Virus genome (UHGV): UHGV-0327824
Source of the DNA: a virus
Length of the DNA stretch: 13,131 nt
Strand: one strand, 5' to 3'
Position 1 is the first letter of the stretch, and each line of letters begins with the position of its first letter. The notes below the pieces were generated by a model. That model had not been told where the DNA came from and ran no database searches. It saw only the letters and a list, made by a program, of their open reading frames with translations. The position numbers and the translations under genes were made by a program. Positions 1-7,939 of the stretch are shown here, one piece after another.

Positions 1-29
1 CGCACATCTGTAACAAGAGGATTGCCGCA

Positions 30-395
30 ATGATTCTCGCCAACGACTTTCTTGAATACCTGCTCAACACAGAGCGTGATCTTGCCGTTCGCGTGCGTGA
101 ACGTTATGACATGTACCTGAAATCCCTGCCTGTACCGCAGCTCGCTGACGGAAAGATTGTTATTGATGGTCGCTACATGATTGACAGCCACGAGGGAAAT
201 TACAGGCTTTACCGCATTGAAGGCGGCACCCCGTCCGTTATTGGCATTTACCAGCGCCCATCCTCTGCGATCGTCGATGTGATTGCCGACAGCATCCGCA
301 TCACACACCACCATGCCGACACAGAAGACACTGTGCTGGAGATTCAGCGGCTGGCTGCCGTTTGCCGTGACACTCTGAATGGCATGACGAAGTAA
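30..395 (+). CDS. Hypothetical phage protein (121 aa) immediately upstream of replication gene A
   Basis: Complete ORF with RBS-like AAGAGGA about 8 nt upstream of ATG at 30; stop 7 nt before the A start; GC and codon usage like the neighbouring phage genes. No recognisable motif. Confidence 0.55.
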   Translation: MILANDFLEYLLNTERDLAVRVRERYDMYLKSLPVPQLADGKIVIDGRYMIDSHEGNYRLYRIEGGTPSVIGIYQRPSSAIVDVIADSIRITHHHADTEDTVLEIQRLAAVCRDTLNGMTK

Positions 396-401
396 ATCAG
401 T

Positions 402-3224
402 ATGACGACAGAGTACATCAGGGACTGGCAACAACCGCGCCACGCAGTAGGACGTGAAGGAACGGAGATCCCCGCACCTGAATCCGCACTTTCCTCCTGG
501 CTGGATGCCTACCGGGCAGAGAACGAGCGCCGCCAGGAAATGGCTGATGCGGCGTTCTCCGCCACGCCGCTGGGCAACCTGATTAATAAAAGCCTGGACG
601 CACAGGAAAAACAGGACAAAACAATCACACTGGCAGGAGACGCCAGAAAACAGGCACGCGGCGCGGTAGATGAGGCCATGGCCTCACTGCGCCTGCTGCC
701 GTCCTATCTGCGCGATCCGCTTATTCGCCACCTCTCCTTCCTGCGCAAAAAACAGGAAGCCGATCGTCAGAAAGGAAAAAACGCCAGGCAGGCAGAACGC
801 TATGCGCGTGGGACCCTGCGCAAAATATTCGAACGTCTGGAGCGCACCGATCACCGCTGGCTGACATCGGGTTATCGCTCCCTTGCCGGACGTGAACGCC
901 TGGACGATTTGCTTTACCTGCCGCAACTCAACAAACACCAGATACAGACGCTGGCCACCATGACGGCGGCGATGTTCAGCAGCACCTTCGAAAAACTCTG
1001 CGATGGTTTTGGCGCGACTGATGGCGAGCTGACCATGGATGTAACGCTGAAGGTGTATCAGATGCTGGCCCGCATGGCATTACATCTGCACACCATGCCG
1101 CCACATTATGACGCACTGACAACAGACAAAGACCGGAGGAACGAACCAGACACGGAGCTGCTGCCGGGCGCAATTCTTCGCCTGACCTGTGCGGAATGGT
1201 GGAAGCGCAAACTGTGGCTTTTACGTTGCGAGTGGCGGGAAGAACAACTCCGCGCCGCCTGTCTGGTTTCCAGAAAAACATCGCCCTATCTGAGCCAGGA
1301 CGCGTTAAGCGAGTTTCGCGCACAGCGCGAGAAAACACGCGATTTCCTGAAAAGTTTCATGCTGGAAAACGAAGACGGGTTCACGATTGATCTCGAGACA
1401 GTGTATTACGCGGGAGTAAGTAACCCGGTTCACCGTAAGGCAGAAATGATGGCCACCATGAAGGGGCTGGAACTTCTGGCCGAAGCCCGTGGCGACAAAG
1501 CGGTGTTTCTGACTGTCACCTGCCCGTCAAAATACCACGCCACAACAGAGAACGGTCATCCGAATCCCAAATGGAACGGGGCCACCATGCGCGACTCCAG
1601 CGATTATCTGGTTAACACGTTTTTTGCGGCGGTCCGCAAAAAACTGAACCGCGACGGCCTGCGCTGGTATGGCATCCGCACGGTGGAGCCTCACCATGAC
1701 GGCACCGTGCACTGGCATATGATGGTCTTTGCTCATCCGGAAGAAATCGACAGCATCGTGGCCATCACCCGCGATATTGCCATTCAGGAAGACCGCCACG
1801 AGCTGGGCAATGATATTACTCCGCGCTTTAAGGTGGAGTATGTCGACGGCTCAAAAGGCACACCAACCAGCTATATCGCGACCTACATCGGAAAAAACCT
1901 GGACAGCCGCGCCGTCGATGGCATCGACCCGAAAACGGGCAAGCCACGCGTTGACCACGAAACCGGAAAATCAATGGCCGAGAGCGTGGAGCGCGCCATC
2001 GGCTGGGCGCGCCTTCACCGGGTCCGTCAGTTCCAGTTCTTTGGCATCCCCTCCCGTCAGGTGTGGCGTGAACTGCGCCGCCTTGCCAGCCAGATGGCAC
2101 GCAATCCGGAAGGCCCGCAACGGCTGAAAGATGATGCAATGGATGCGGTACTCGCTGCCGCCGATGCCGGGTGTTTTGCCTCCTACATTGAAAAACAGGG
2201 TGGCGTGCTTGTTCCACGCAAGGACTACCTGATTCGCACCGCCTACGACCTCGCAGATGAGCTGAACGATTACGGCGAACAGAGCGTACAGATTTACGGG
2301 ATCTGGTCACCACTCATCGGGGAATCCTCCCGTGTGTGCACGCATCCGGATAACTGGAAGTTGGTAAGACGTAAACCAGAACCAGAAGACAACGCCCACG
2401 AAAATGGTTTTGACCTTCAGGGCGGCCCTGCCGCCCCTTGGACTCGTGGCAATAACTGTCCCCGTGTACAGGAAACGGACAACAACGGGACAGAACAGCC
2501 GGAAGAACGGCCAGCACCGTGGCCGCAGCTTCCTGACGGCGTTGACGTGAACGAATGGATGCGCTCACTGAAACGGCACGAACGCCGGGCGCTGATGCGT
2601 TCGCTGCGTGACAAACAGGCAAAAAACAGCAGTGATGGAATGCAGAGCTGGACACAGAGCCGCAAACAGCAGCGGCCTTTGCCTGATAACCACGAATTAC
2701 TCGCTAAAGAATGGCGGGAATCTGCCGAATCTCTCGGCCTGCATATCGGTGAACAGCAGATGCAGCACCTGTTACGGGGCGGCAGCCTGTACGTTGACGG
2801 CAGCATCATTGCACCGCAGGGATTTGAAATTGTACGCAAACCGGATACCCGCCCGGACAGCCGAATCACGCAGCTCTGGCAGCGCCTGAGCCGTAATCAC
2901 GGCGTAAGCAGCACGGAGATCCGCCATAACCCGGTCGCCAGCTATCTGGAACAGCTGGGGGCATCAGACCCCGAAGCCGCCGCACGTCTGGCATCCACAC
3001 TTCAGCAGGACCAGAACACCATGACCCCCCCCGTTACCGTGCTTTCTGACATGCTGCGCGCCATCCGCGACGCAGAGCACGCACAGAGAATCAGTGAAAC
3101 CACTGAACGTGCCCGCCGCAAAGCAGACCTGCTGCGGGGTGGCCTGACCAGTGGAAACAAAAAACAGACAGAAACGGGATTCACAAATCCCGTAAATGAG
3201 CAAAAAACGCGCCGCGATATATGA
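402..3224 (+). CDS. A: P2 gpA-family rolling-circle replication initiation endonuclease (940 aa)
   Basis: Translation contains a HUH-type motif (VHWHMMVF) followed by paired tyrosines (YIATYIGKN), as in P2/186 gpA. Context supports it: Ogr, D, FI, FII, E in the same window. About 180 aa longer than P2 gpA as I recall it (about 761 aa). Confidence 0.88.
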   Translation: MTTEYIRDWQQPRHAVGREGTEIPAPESALSSWLDAYRAENERRQEMADAAFSATPLGNLINKSLDAQEKQDKTITLAGDARKQARGAVDEAMASLRLLPSYLRDPLIRHLSFLRKKQEADRQKGKNARQAERYARGTLRKIFERLERTDHRWLTSGYRSLAGRERLDDLLYLPQLNKHQIQTLATMTAAMFSSTFEKLCDGFGATDGELTMDVTLKVYQMLARMALHLHTMPPHYDALTTDKDRRNEPDTELLPGAILRLTCAEWWKRKLWLLRCEWREEQLRAACLVSRKTSPYLSQDALSEFRAQREKTRDFLKSFMLENEDGFTIDLETVYYAGVSNPVHRKAEMMATMKGLELLAEARGDKAVFLTVTCPSKYHATTENGHPNPKWNGATMRDSSDYLVNTFFAAVRKKLNRDGLRWYGIRTVEPHHDGTVHWHMMVFAHPEEIDSIVAITRDIAIQEDRHELGNDITPRFKVEYVDGSKGTPTSYIATYIGKNLDSRAVDGIDPKTGKPRVDHETGKSMAESVERAIGWARLHRVRQFQFFGIPSRQVWRELRRLASQMARNPEGPQRLKDDAMDAVLAAADAGCFASYIEKQGGVLVPRKDYLIRTAYDLADELNDYGEQSVQIYGIWSPLIGESSRVCTHPDNWKLVRRKPEPEDNAHENGFDLQGGPAAPWTRGNNCPRVQETDNNGTEQPEERPAPWPQLPDGVDVNEWMRSLKRHERRALMRSLRDKQAKNSSDGMQSWTQSRKQQRPLPDNHELLAKEWRESAESLGLHIGEQQMQHLLRGGSLYVDGSIIAPQGFEIVRKPDTRPDSRITQLWQRLSRNHGVSSTEIRHNPVASYLEQLGASDPEAAARLASTLQQDQNTMTPPVTVLSDMLRAIRDAEHAQRISETTERARRKADLLRGGLTSGNKKQTETGFTNPVNEQKTRRDI
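3172..3196. promoter_or_regulatory. Palindromic site copy 1 (AAACGGGATTCACAAATCCCGTAAA), inside the 3' end of gene A
   Basis: Arms ACGGGAT / ATCCCGT are exact reverse complements with a 6 nt spacer; a near-identical copy lies 73 bp downstream. Confidence 0.45.
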
Positions 3225-3244
3225 AGCGCACACAAAACAGGCAA

Positions 3245-3269
3245 AAACGGGATTTCAGAATCCCGTAAA
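3245..3269. promoter_or_regulatory. Palindromic site copy 2 (AAACGGGATTTCAGAATCCCGTAAA), about 30 bp upstream of the ParM-like start; candidate operator/centromere
   Basis: Same 7-6-7 inverted repeat as copy 1, followed by an AT-rich -10-like stretch (TTAATTAAT) and the RBS AAGGAAAA of the ParM-like gene. Confidence 0.45.
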
Positions 3270-3300
3270 CGATTAATTAATCAACATAAGGAAAAGCGAC

Positions 3301-4260
3301 ATGAAAATTTGTATCGACGACGGCTCCACCAACATCAAGCTGGCATGGACTGAGAATGGCGAACGCCGCAACGCCATCAGCCCGAACAGCTTCAAGTCGG
3401 AATGGTCTGCGCCGTTCGGTGGCATGCAGCCCGCGAACTACATGCTTGATGGCGTGCGCTATGGTTTTGATCCGGTTAGCGATCGCTTTGTCCAGACGAC
3501 CGACACGCAATACCAGTACAGCGATGTGAATGTAATCGCCATTCATCACGCGCTGGTCAAATCAGGCATCACGCCACAGGAGGTGGATGTGGTTGTCACC
3601 CTGCCACTGAGCGAGTATTTCGACACAAACGCACAGCCGGACATGGCCAACATCAACCGCAAAAAAGCGAACGTTATGCGCCCGGTGGAGTACCAGAACG
3701 GCGAAGCATTCACTATCCGTAACGTGCGGGTTATGCCTGAATCCATTCCGGCTGGCTTTAAAGCACTGGCTGACATGAGTCCGTTTGAATCCCTGCTGAT
3801 TGTGGATTTAGGCGGAACCACGCTGGATGTGGCAAAGGTTCAGGGGCAACTGGCAGGTATCAGCCAGGTGTTTTGCGATCCACACGTAGGCGTCTCCCTG
3901 ATGGCCGGTGCCGTGCTGTCGGTGATGGCCGCTAACGGTATGCGTACCAGTCACCACATCGCCAATACCATTATCGAACATCGCCATGATGAAGCCTGGT
4001 TGCGCCAACACATCCACAATGACGCGCATTACGCCAGCCTGATGGCGGTTATTCGTGAAAAGGAAGAAACACTGAAACAACGCGTGATCCGCGCGCTGGC
4101 GGGTTTTTCGGGTTACGGGCGGGTGATGGTTGTCGGTGGCGGGGCGGAGATTGTGGCACCCGCTATCCGCGAAGCCTGCGGAGTTAATGTGACTTTCATC
4201 GCGGACGAGGTGCCACAGTTTGCTCTGGTTAATGGGCTGTACGCAATGGACAAGGAGTAA
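3301..4260 (+). CDS. parM: Actin-like plasmid segregation ATPase, ParM/StbA family (319 aa)
   Basis: N-terminus MKICIDDGSTNIKLAW matches the ParM/StbA phosphate-1 motif (R1 ParM begins MLVFIDDGSTNIKLQW from memory). Further shared blocks: ISPNSFK, YSDVNV..HHAL, RKKAN, VMPESIPAG, SLLI(V/I)DLGGTTLD, GVSL, V(M/V)V(I/G)GGGAE, LVNG(M/L)Y. RBS AAGGAAAA before the ATG. Confidence 0.85.
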   Translation: MKICIDDGSTNIKLAWTENGERRNAISPNSFKSEWSAPFGGMQPANYMLDGVRYGFDPVSDRFVQTTDTQYQYSDVNVIAIHHALVKSGITPQEVDVVVTLPLSEYFDTNAQPDMANINRKKANVMRPVEYQNGEAFTIRNVRVMPESIPAGFKALADMSPFESLLIVDLGGTTLDVAKVQGQLAGISQVFCDPHVGVSLMAGAVLSVMAANGMRTSHHIANTIIEHRHDEAWLRQHIHNDAHYASLMAVIREKEETLKQRVIRALAGFSGYGRVMVVGGGAEIVAPAIREACGVNVTFIADEVPQFALVNGLYAMDKE

Positions 4261-4264
4261 ACCA

Positions 4265-4579
4265 ATGACGACACCAACCAGACGGATAAGTTTCTATCTG
4301 AAGCCAGTCGCCGTCAATAGTGAACGGGAGGCGTGTAATTACCTCGACAGCCTGCCAGCCTCTGAACGCAGCCGCGCGCAACGCGCGGCCTTTCTGGCCG
4401 GGCTGGCACTCATAAAACGCGATCCTGCATTTGCCTATTGGTTGGCCGAATGGCCGGAAGAAGGAGCTGCGCCAGCCAAGAATAATATTCAGAGTAAATA
4501 TGCCAGCACACCTGCCACCGGAAGCAATCACAGCACTAGCGAGATAAGAAAGAACATTCAGTCATTTTTCCCAGAGTGA
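4265..4579 (+). CDS. parR: ParR/StbB-like centromere-binding adaptor (104 aa)
   Basis: Directly downstream of the ParM-like gene (4 nt gap, RBS GGAG). Resembles R1 ParR as recalled: ISFYLKP vs IAFKLNP, LDSLPASERSRAQRAAFLAGLAL vs LDSIPQGERSRLNRAALTAGLAL. Start taken at ATG 4265, not the longer in-frame ORF from 4220. Confidence 0.7.
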   Translation: MTTPTRRISFYLKPVAVNSEREACNYLDSLPASERSRAQRAAFLAGLALIKRDPAFAYWLAEWPEEGAAPAKNNIQSKYASTPATGSNHSTSEIRKNIQSFFPE

Positions 4580-4598
4580 AAACAGGAGAGGAGCATCT

Positions 4599-5060
4599 AT
4601 GGCAACTATCCCCAAAAAATGGTTACAACGCAAAATTGCAGACCTTGAATCGTGTCGTGAAGACATCCCGTTTGGCCTTGATGAAAACGATCACAATATG
4701 TTAATCGCACTGAAAATCGCACTCACATCGCTGGAAGCAGAGGCAGTTATGTTCTGTATATCAGGACAAAATGTAGATTCAGAAGAACATGTATCAACCA
4801 GCAAAGCGGTTGTTGATGCCTGGGTTGAAGAATGGAATCAGGTTGACGGAAGTCCTGGCGAACCACTGTACAAAACTATGCCACTCTACTATCACGCTGC
4901 CTTGCCAGCGCCGGTAGTGCCGGAAGAAGCAACTCCGGAAAACGTAGAAATGCTCTCTGGCTATGTTTCCACGTACAAATTAACCGATAGCGAGCGCGAT
5001 ATTGCTGCCGAAATATGGAACGCCTGCCGCGCCGCTATGCTTCATGGGAAAGGAGAGTGA
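4599..5060 (+). CDS. Hypothetical acidic protein (153 aa), third gene of the parMR operon
   Basis: Strong RBS AGGAGAGGAG 5 nt before ATG 4599, 19 nt after the parR stop. Acidic composition, no motif I recognise. Noticeably more AT-rich than the flanking phage genes. Confidence 0.6.
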   Translation: MATIPKKWLQRKIADLESCREDIPFGLDENDHNMLIALKIALTSLEAEAVMFCISGQNVDSEEHVSTSKAVVDAWVEEWNQVDGSPGEPLYKTMPLYYHAALPAPVVPEEATPENVEMLSGYVSTYKLTDSERDIAAEIWNACRAAMLHGKGE

Positions 5061-5061
5061 T

Positions 5062-5325
5062 ATGGCAACTTTAACAAAAAAAGAACGGGCATGGTTGAAC
5101 GAATTACAGGACGTTCTTGATCGCTGCCCATCACCGAAAAAAATTGGTTTTTACACCATTGGCGATAAAAGCATTTACCTGTATGACCTGCGCCGCATGG
5201 ATGAAATCATGGAGGCTCTTGATAATCGTTCGTCAATGGATTGGTGTGTTGCTGTCCATGATATGAATGCAGGGTTTGATGAAAAGATTTTGTTCCCCTC
5301 ATCAGTTGAAAGCACAGCAGGATAA
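5062..5325 (+). CDS. Hypothetical protein (87 aa), translationally coupled to the preceding gene
   Basis: ATG 5062 lies 1 nt after the upstream stop (TGA 5058..5060), with GGAGAG RBS inside the upstream gene's 3' end. Intrinsic terminator follows at 5362..5385. Start is at the internal ATG, not the 5002 ORF-track start. Confidence 0.6.
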   Translation: MATLTKKERAWLNELQDVLDRCPSPKKIGFYTIGDKSIYLYDLRRMDEIMEALDNRSSMDWCVAVHDMNAGFDEKILFPSSVESTAG

Positions 5326-5361
5326 GGACCCAGCAAATATACACAACCTATAAAACACTAA

Positions 5362-5385
5362 AGCGCCTCAGGGGCGCTTTTTGTT
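5362..5385 (+). terminator. Rho-independent terminator closing the parM-parR-orf-orf operon
   Basis: Stem AGCGCC / GGCGCT with a 5 nt loop, then TTTTTGTTT. Confidence 0.7.
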
Positions 5386-5412
5386 TGCACAAAAGTGCAC
5401 AAATTTGCACAA
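5386..5412. repeat. Three direct repeats of TGCACAA at exact 10 bp periodicity
   Basis: TGCACAAAAG / TGCACAAATT / TGCACAATTT directly after the terminator; the middle copy forms the palindrome GTGCAC. Confidence 0.5.
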
Positions 5413-5784
5413 TTTTTTTGAACGACTTTTTACCCTTCCGGCCCGCATGGCGGCTGGATCCGTCAAGGATCCGTGCGTGCACAAAAAAACGCGTTTTTTC
5501 TGCGCGCAGGTGACGGGGGAACAGCCCGCGTTTCAGGGGGTAAATAGCATTCCCTGAACGATGTCGCAGAGACACAACAGAATGGCCATATTTCTCACGC
5601 TGAGCATGAAAAAGGCGTGAGGGCTTTTGATTTGATGGGGTGAAAGGTAAGGCCGTCAAAATCGCACTGAGGCAGCGAGAACATGCAGTCAACGCGGTGG
5701 AATTGCGTAAGAGTCTGACCGTCGATGGTGGCGATAAACTGGAAGGCGTCGTGAAATTATCTGATTGATACAGGAGCTGGAGAG

Positions 5785-5811
5785 CCGGGGCATAAATTTT
5801 TTATGCCCCGG
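5785..5811. promoter_or_regulatory. 27 bp perfect palindrome (CCGGGGCATAAA-TTT-TTTATGCCCCGG), about 100 bp upstream of the 174 aa orphan gene
   Basis: 12 bp arms are exact reverse complements around a 3 nt centre. No T-run follows on either strand, so it reads as an operator-like site rather than a terminator. A weak sigma70-like promoter (TTGCCG-17-CAAAAT) lies between it and the gene. Confidence 0.4.
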
Positions 5812-5911
5812 CGAAGCAGCAGACAAGCGAAGCGCGTCAGCGATACGGCACCTTGCCGACCATACTTCATAAGTGCAAAATACGAGCAAAGAAATCAATG
5901 GAGGCTGTCTT

Positions 5912-6436
5912 ATGGTCATTAATTACAAGCAGTTAAGAGAAAAACGGGAGCAGGTAAAGGAGAGCTTTCGCCGCAATGAAGATCTGACCCCGCTTGTACG
6001 CCTTGCCCAGGGCATTGTTGATGCTTATGAAATCTCGCTGGAGCTGCCATCACAGACCTGGACAGATAGCGACGGTAATCGCCAGCATTACGTTTCATGC
6101 GGACTGGAAGCAGCCGAAGGATTTCGCAGAATGCCTTTATCCCAGATCCCTGCCGCTACCCCCAAAGCACGGGGCAGCAATGATGAGCGAAAACTGACTT
6201 TTAGTATTGAAACGGTGGTTGACGACACACCTGGCGAAGTCGCGTTCGTGCACACGCCTGTTTCGATCGCAATGTATAACGATGAAATACAGGTTCGCGT
6301 TAATAATAATATCGTGCCACTTAAAGAAGGTAATTCACCCTACACCACCGTTTGTGAAGCCATTCAATATTACGTTCTCTCTGAAATTGATAATCTCAAG
6401 CCTGACGGCACCCAGAAAATGGTTCAACTCTGGTAA
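5912..6436 (+). CDS. Hypothetical protein (174 aa), orphan cargo gene
   Basis: ATG 5912 preceded by GGAGG at 7 nt spacing; the ORF-track start at 5873 is a GTG without an RBS. Ends at TAA 6434..6436, followed directly by a hairpin terminator. No recognisable motif; AT-rich relative to the phage genes. Confidence 0.6.
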   Translation: MVINYKQLREKREQVKESFRRNEDLTPLVRLAQGIVDAYEISLELPSQTWTDSDGNRQHYVSCGLEAAEGFRRMPLSQIPAATPKARGSNDERKLTFSIETVVDDTPGEVAFVHTPVSIAMYNDEIQVRVNNNIVPLKEGNSPYTTVCEAIQYYVLSEIDNLKPDGTQKMVQLW

Positions 6437-6441
6437 AAAGG

Positions 6442-6467
6442 ACAGCCCCATCACGGGGCTGTTTTTT
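6442..6467. terminator. Bidirectional intrinsic terminator between the convergent 174 aa gene and the tape measure remnant
   Basis: Stem ACAGCCCC / GGGGCTGT with a 5 nt loop; T6 run on the plus strand, and a weaker TCCTTTTT tail when read on the minus strand. Confidence 0.65.
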
Positions 6468-7939
6468 CATCAAGAAGAGCATAAGAGTTAAAACGGATCA
6501 CCTCTTCGCCAAGCCAGTCATTGATGTGCTTCATAGCCTCCATGACGGGCATCAGCTCGTTAATTGCGTAAACCGTCACCCGCCGCATCAACGAGTGCCA
6601 TAAACGATGTGAAAGCCTCTTCCCCGGCGATGTCCTTAAAGAAGGATACCCGGTCAACTTCCCCGTATTTGCGGGTAGCTTTATAAAGGTCAGCCAGCAG
6701 ATCTTCCATCGGGCGCATTTTGCCCCCGGCATCCGAGACGGACACGCCCAGCTCTTTCAGAGCTTCTGCCGCCGCCTTTGGCGGTGATGCCAGACGAGCC
6801 AGGCTGGCACGCATTGCCGTCCCGGCATCACTCCCTCTGATGCCCATATTCGCCAGCACGCCCGCCATCGCTGCGGCCTGCTCCAGCGATATCCCCAGCT
6901 TACCCGCCACCGGACCGGCATATTTCATGGTTTCGCCCAGTGCGCGAAGGTCAGTGTTGGTACGGGTAAACGCTGCGGTGAGTGTGTCTCCGACCCGGTC
7001 CATCTGGTCAGCAGAAAGGCCGAACTGCGTCAGGATATTTGAGCCAATATCTGCCGTCTCGCCGAGATCCATACCGCCAGCCGTTGCCATGCTCAGTACG
7101 CCGGGAAGCGCAGCCTGAATGGCCTGCGGAGTGAAGCCTGCCATTGCAAGAAATGCCTGCCCACTGGCGGCATCGCCTGCGGTGAACTGCGTTTCAGAGC
7201 CAAGTTTTAACGCCTGCTCACGCAGCGCCTTAAACTGCGGGCTGTTTTTGTCGATTCGCGTCAGTGCCTGAACGCGGGACATCTCTTTCCCGAACCCGAT
7301 CGCAGGCTGCAAAAAACGCCCGGCAGCATAGCCGCCAGCCGCTGCCGCACCAATTGCCAGCGCACCACCTGTTTTCAGTTTTCCTGCTGTTTCCTGCGCG
7401 CGCGAATACCGCTCACGCGCACGCGTTACACGCGCAAGCGCCTGCCGTTCGCGTTCAAGCTGATTGTTGTACTGTTCGGTGCGTCTGATGGCCTGCTGGA
7501 TGGTGTTATCGCTGCCTGTCAGGGAAATGCCGTGGCGTTTCAGCTCTCCGCCAAGCTCCCGCATTTTCTGAATTTCCCGTGTGCGCGATTCATTCAGGCG
7601 TTCAAGCCGGGTGCTTAACTGCTGCATCAGCTTTTGTTGTTTTTCGCTGAGCACTGTACCCGTGCGTTGTAACTGATTAAGGGCGTTAAGCTGGCGTCGT
7701 GCTTTCACGATGCCAGCATCCGCTTTACTGACAGCGTCACGGGCGCGCTCAAATGAACGCGCCTGACGCTCGAGATTTTTGATCGCCCCCTGCGTTCGCT
7801 GGATGGAGTCACCAAACTGCCCCATCAGGCGGCGGGCGTTTTCGGCAGGCCGGGTCAGCCTGTCAACGGCGCTGAAAGCGACCCGGATATCAAGAGTCTT
7901 CATTGTCTGCATTCCCGCTGCGAAGTGCCGCCCGCTCAC
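6451..7939 (-). pseudogene. T: Truncated/frameshifted tail tape measure gene (P2 gpT-like): 459 aa N-terminal ORF plus an out-of-frame 93 aa tail
   Basis: Starts overlapping the end of E', as in P2. N-terminal region is coiled-coil-like with long Ala/Gly-rich stretches, typical of tape measure proteins. ORF 6560..7939 stops at 459 aa against about 815 aa recalled for P2 gpT; a different frame continues to 6451 into the terminator. No U gene follows. Start codon ambiguous (GTG at 7939 or ATG at 7912/7903). Confidence 0.65.

Noticed and set aside
670-2889. Numerous ORFs of 64..161 aa overlapping gene A on both strands (e.g. 684..938 -, 976..1338 -, 1828..2313 -, 2417..2869 -)
   Set aside because: All lie inside the well-supported gpA reading frame, are Arg/Cys/Pro-rich as expected for off-frame translation of GC-rich coding DNA, and lack RBS signals.
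4220-4264. Longer N-terminal start for the ParR-like gene (ORF-track start at 4220)
   Set aside because: It would overlap the ParM-like 3' end without an RBS; ATG 4265 has a GGAG RBS and gives the conserved ParR-like N-terminus.
5594-5634. Hairpin with T-rich tail as the 3' end of a small RNA gene
   Set aside because: The loop is long (14 nt) and I could not find a convincing promoter upstream; it is noted only as part of the repeat-rich spacer.
5873-5911. ORF-track start at 5873 for the 174 aa gene and for the 107 aa ORF at 5002
   Set aside because: 5873 is a GTG with no RBS, while in-frame ATG 5912 has GGAGG at ideal spacing. Likewise ATG 5062 has an RBS and stop-start coupling, whereas 5002 lies inside the upstream gene.
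5348-5919. Minus-strand ORFs of 114 aa and 76 aa across the non-coding spacer
   Set aside because: Arg/Lys-rich low-complexity translations with no RBS that run through the terminator and palindromes; the region is better explained as regulatory, non-coding DNA.
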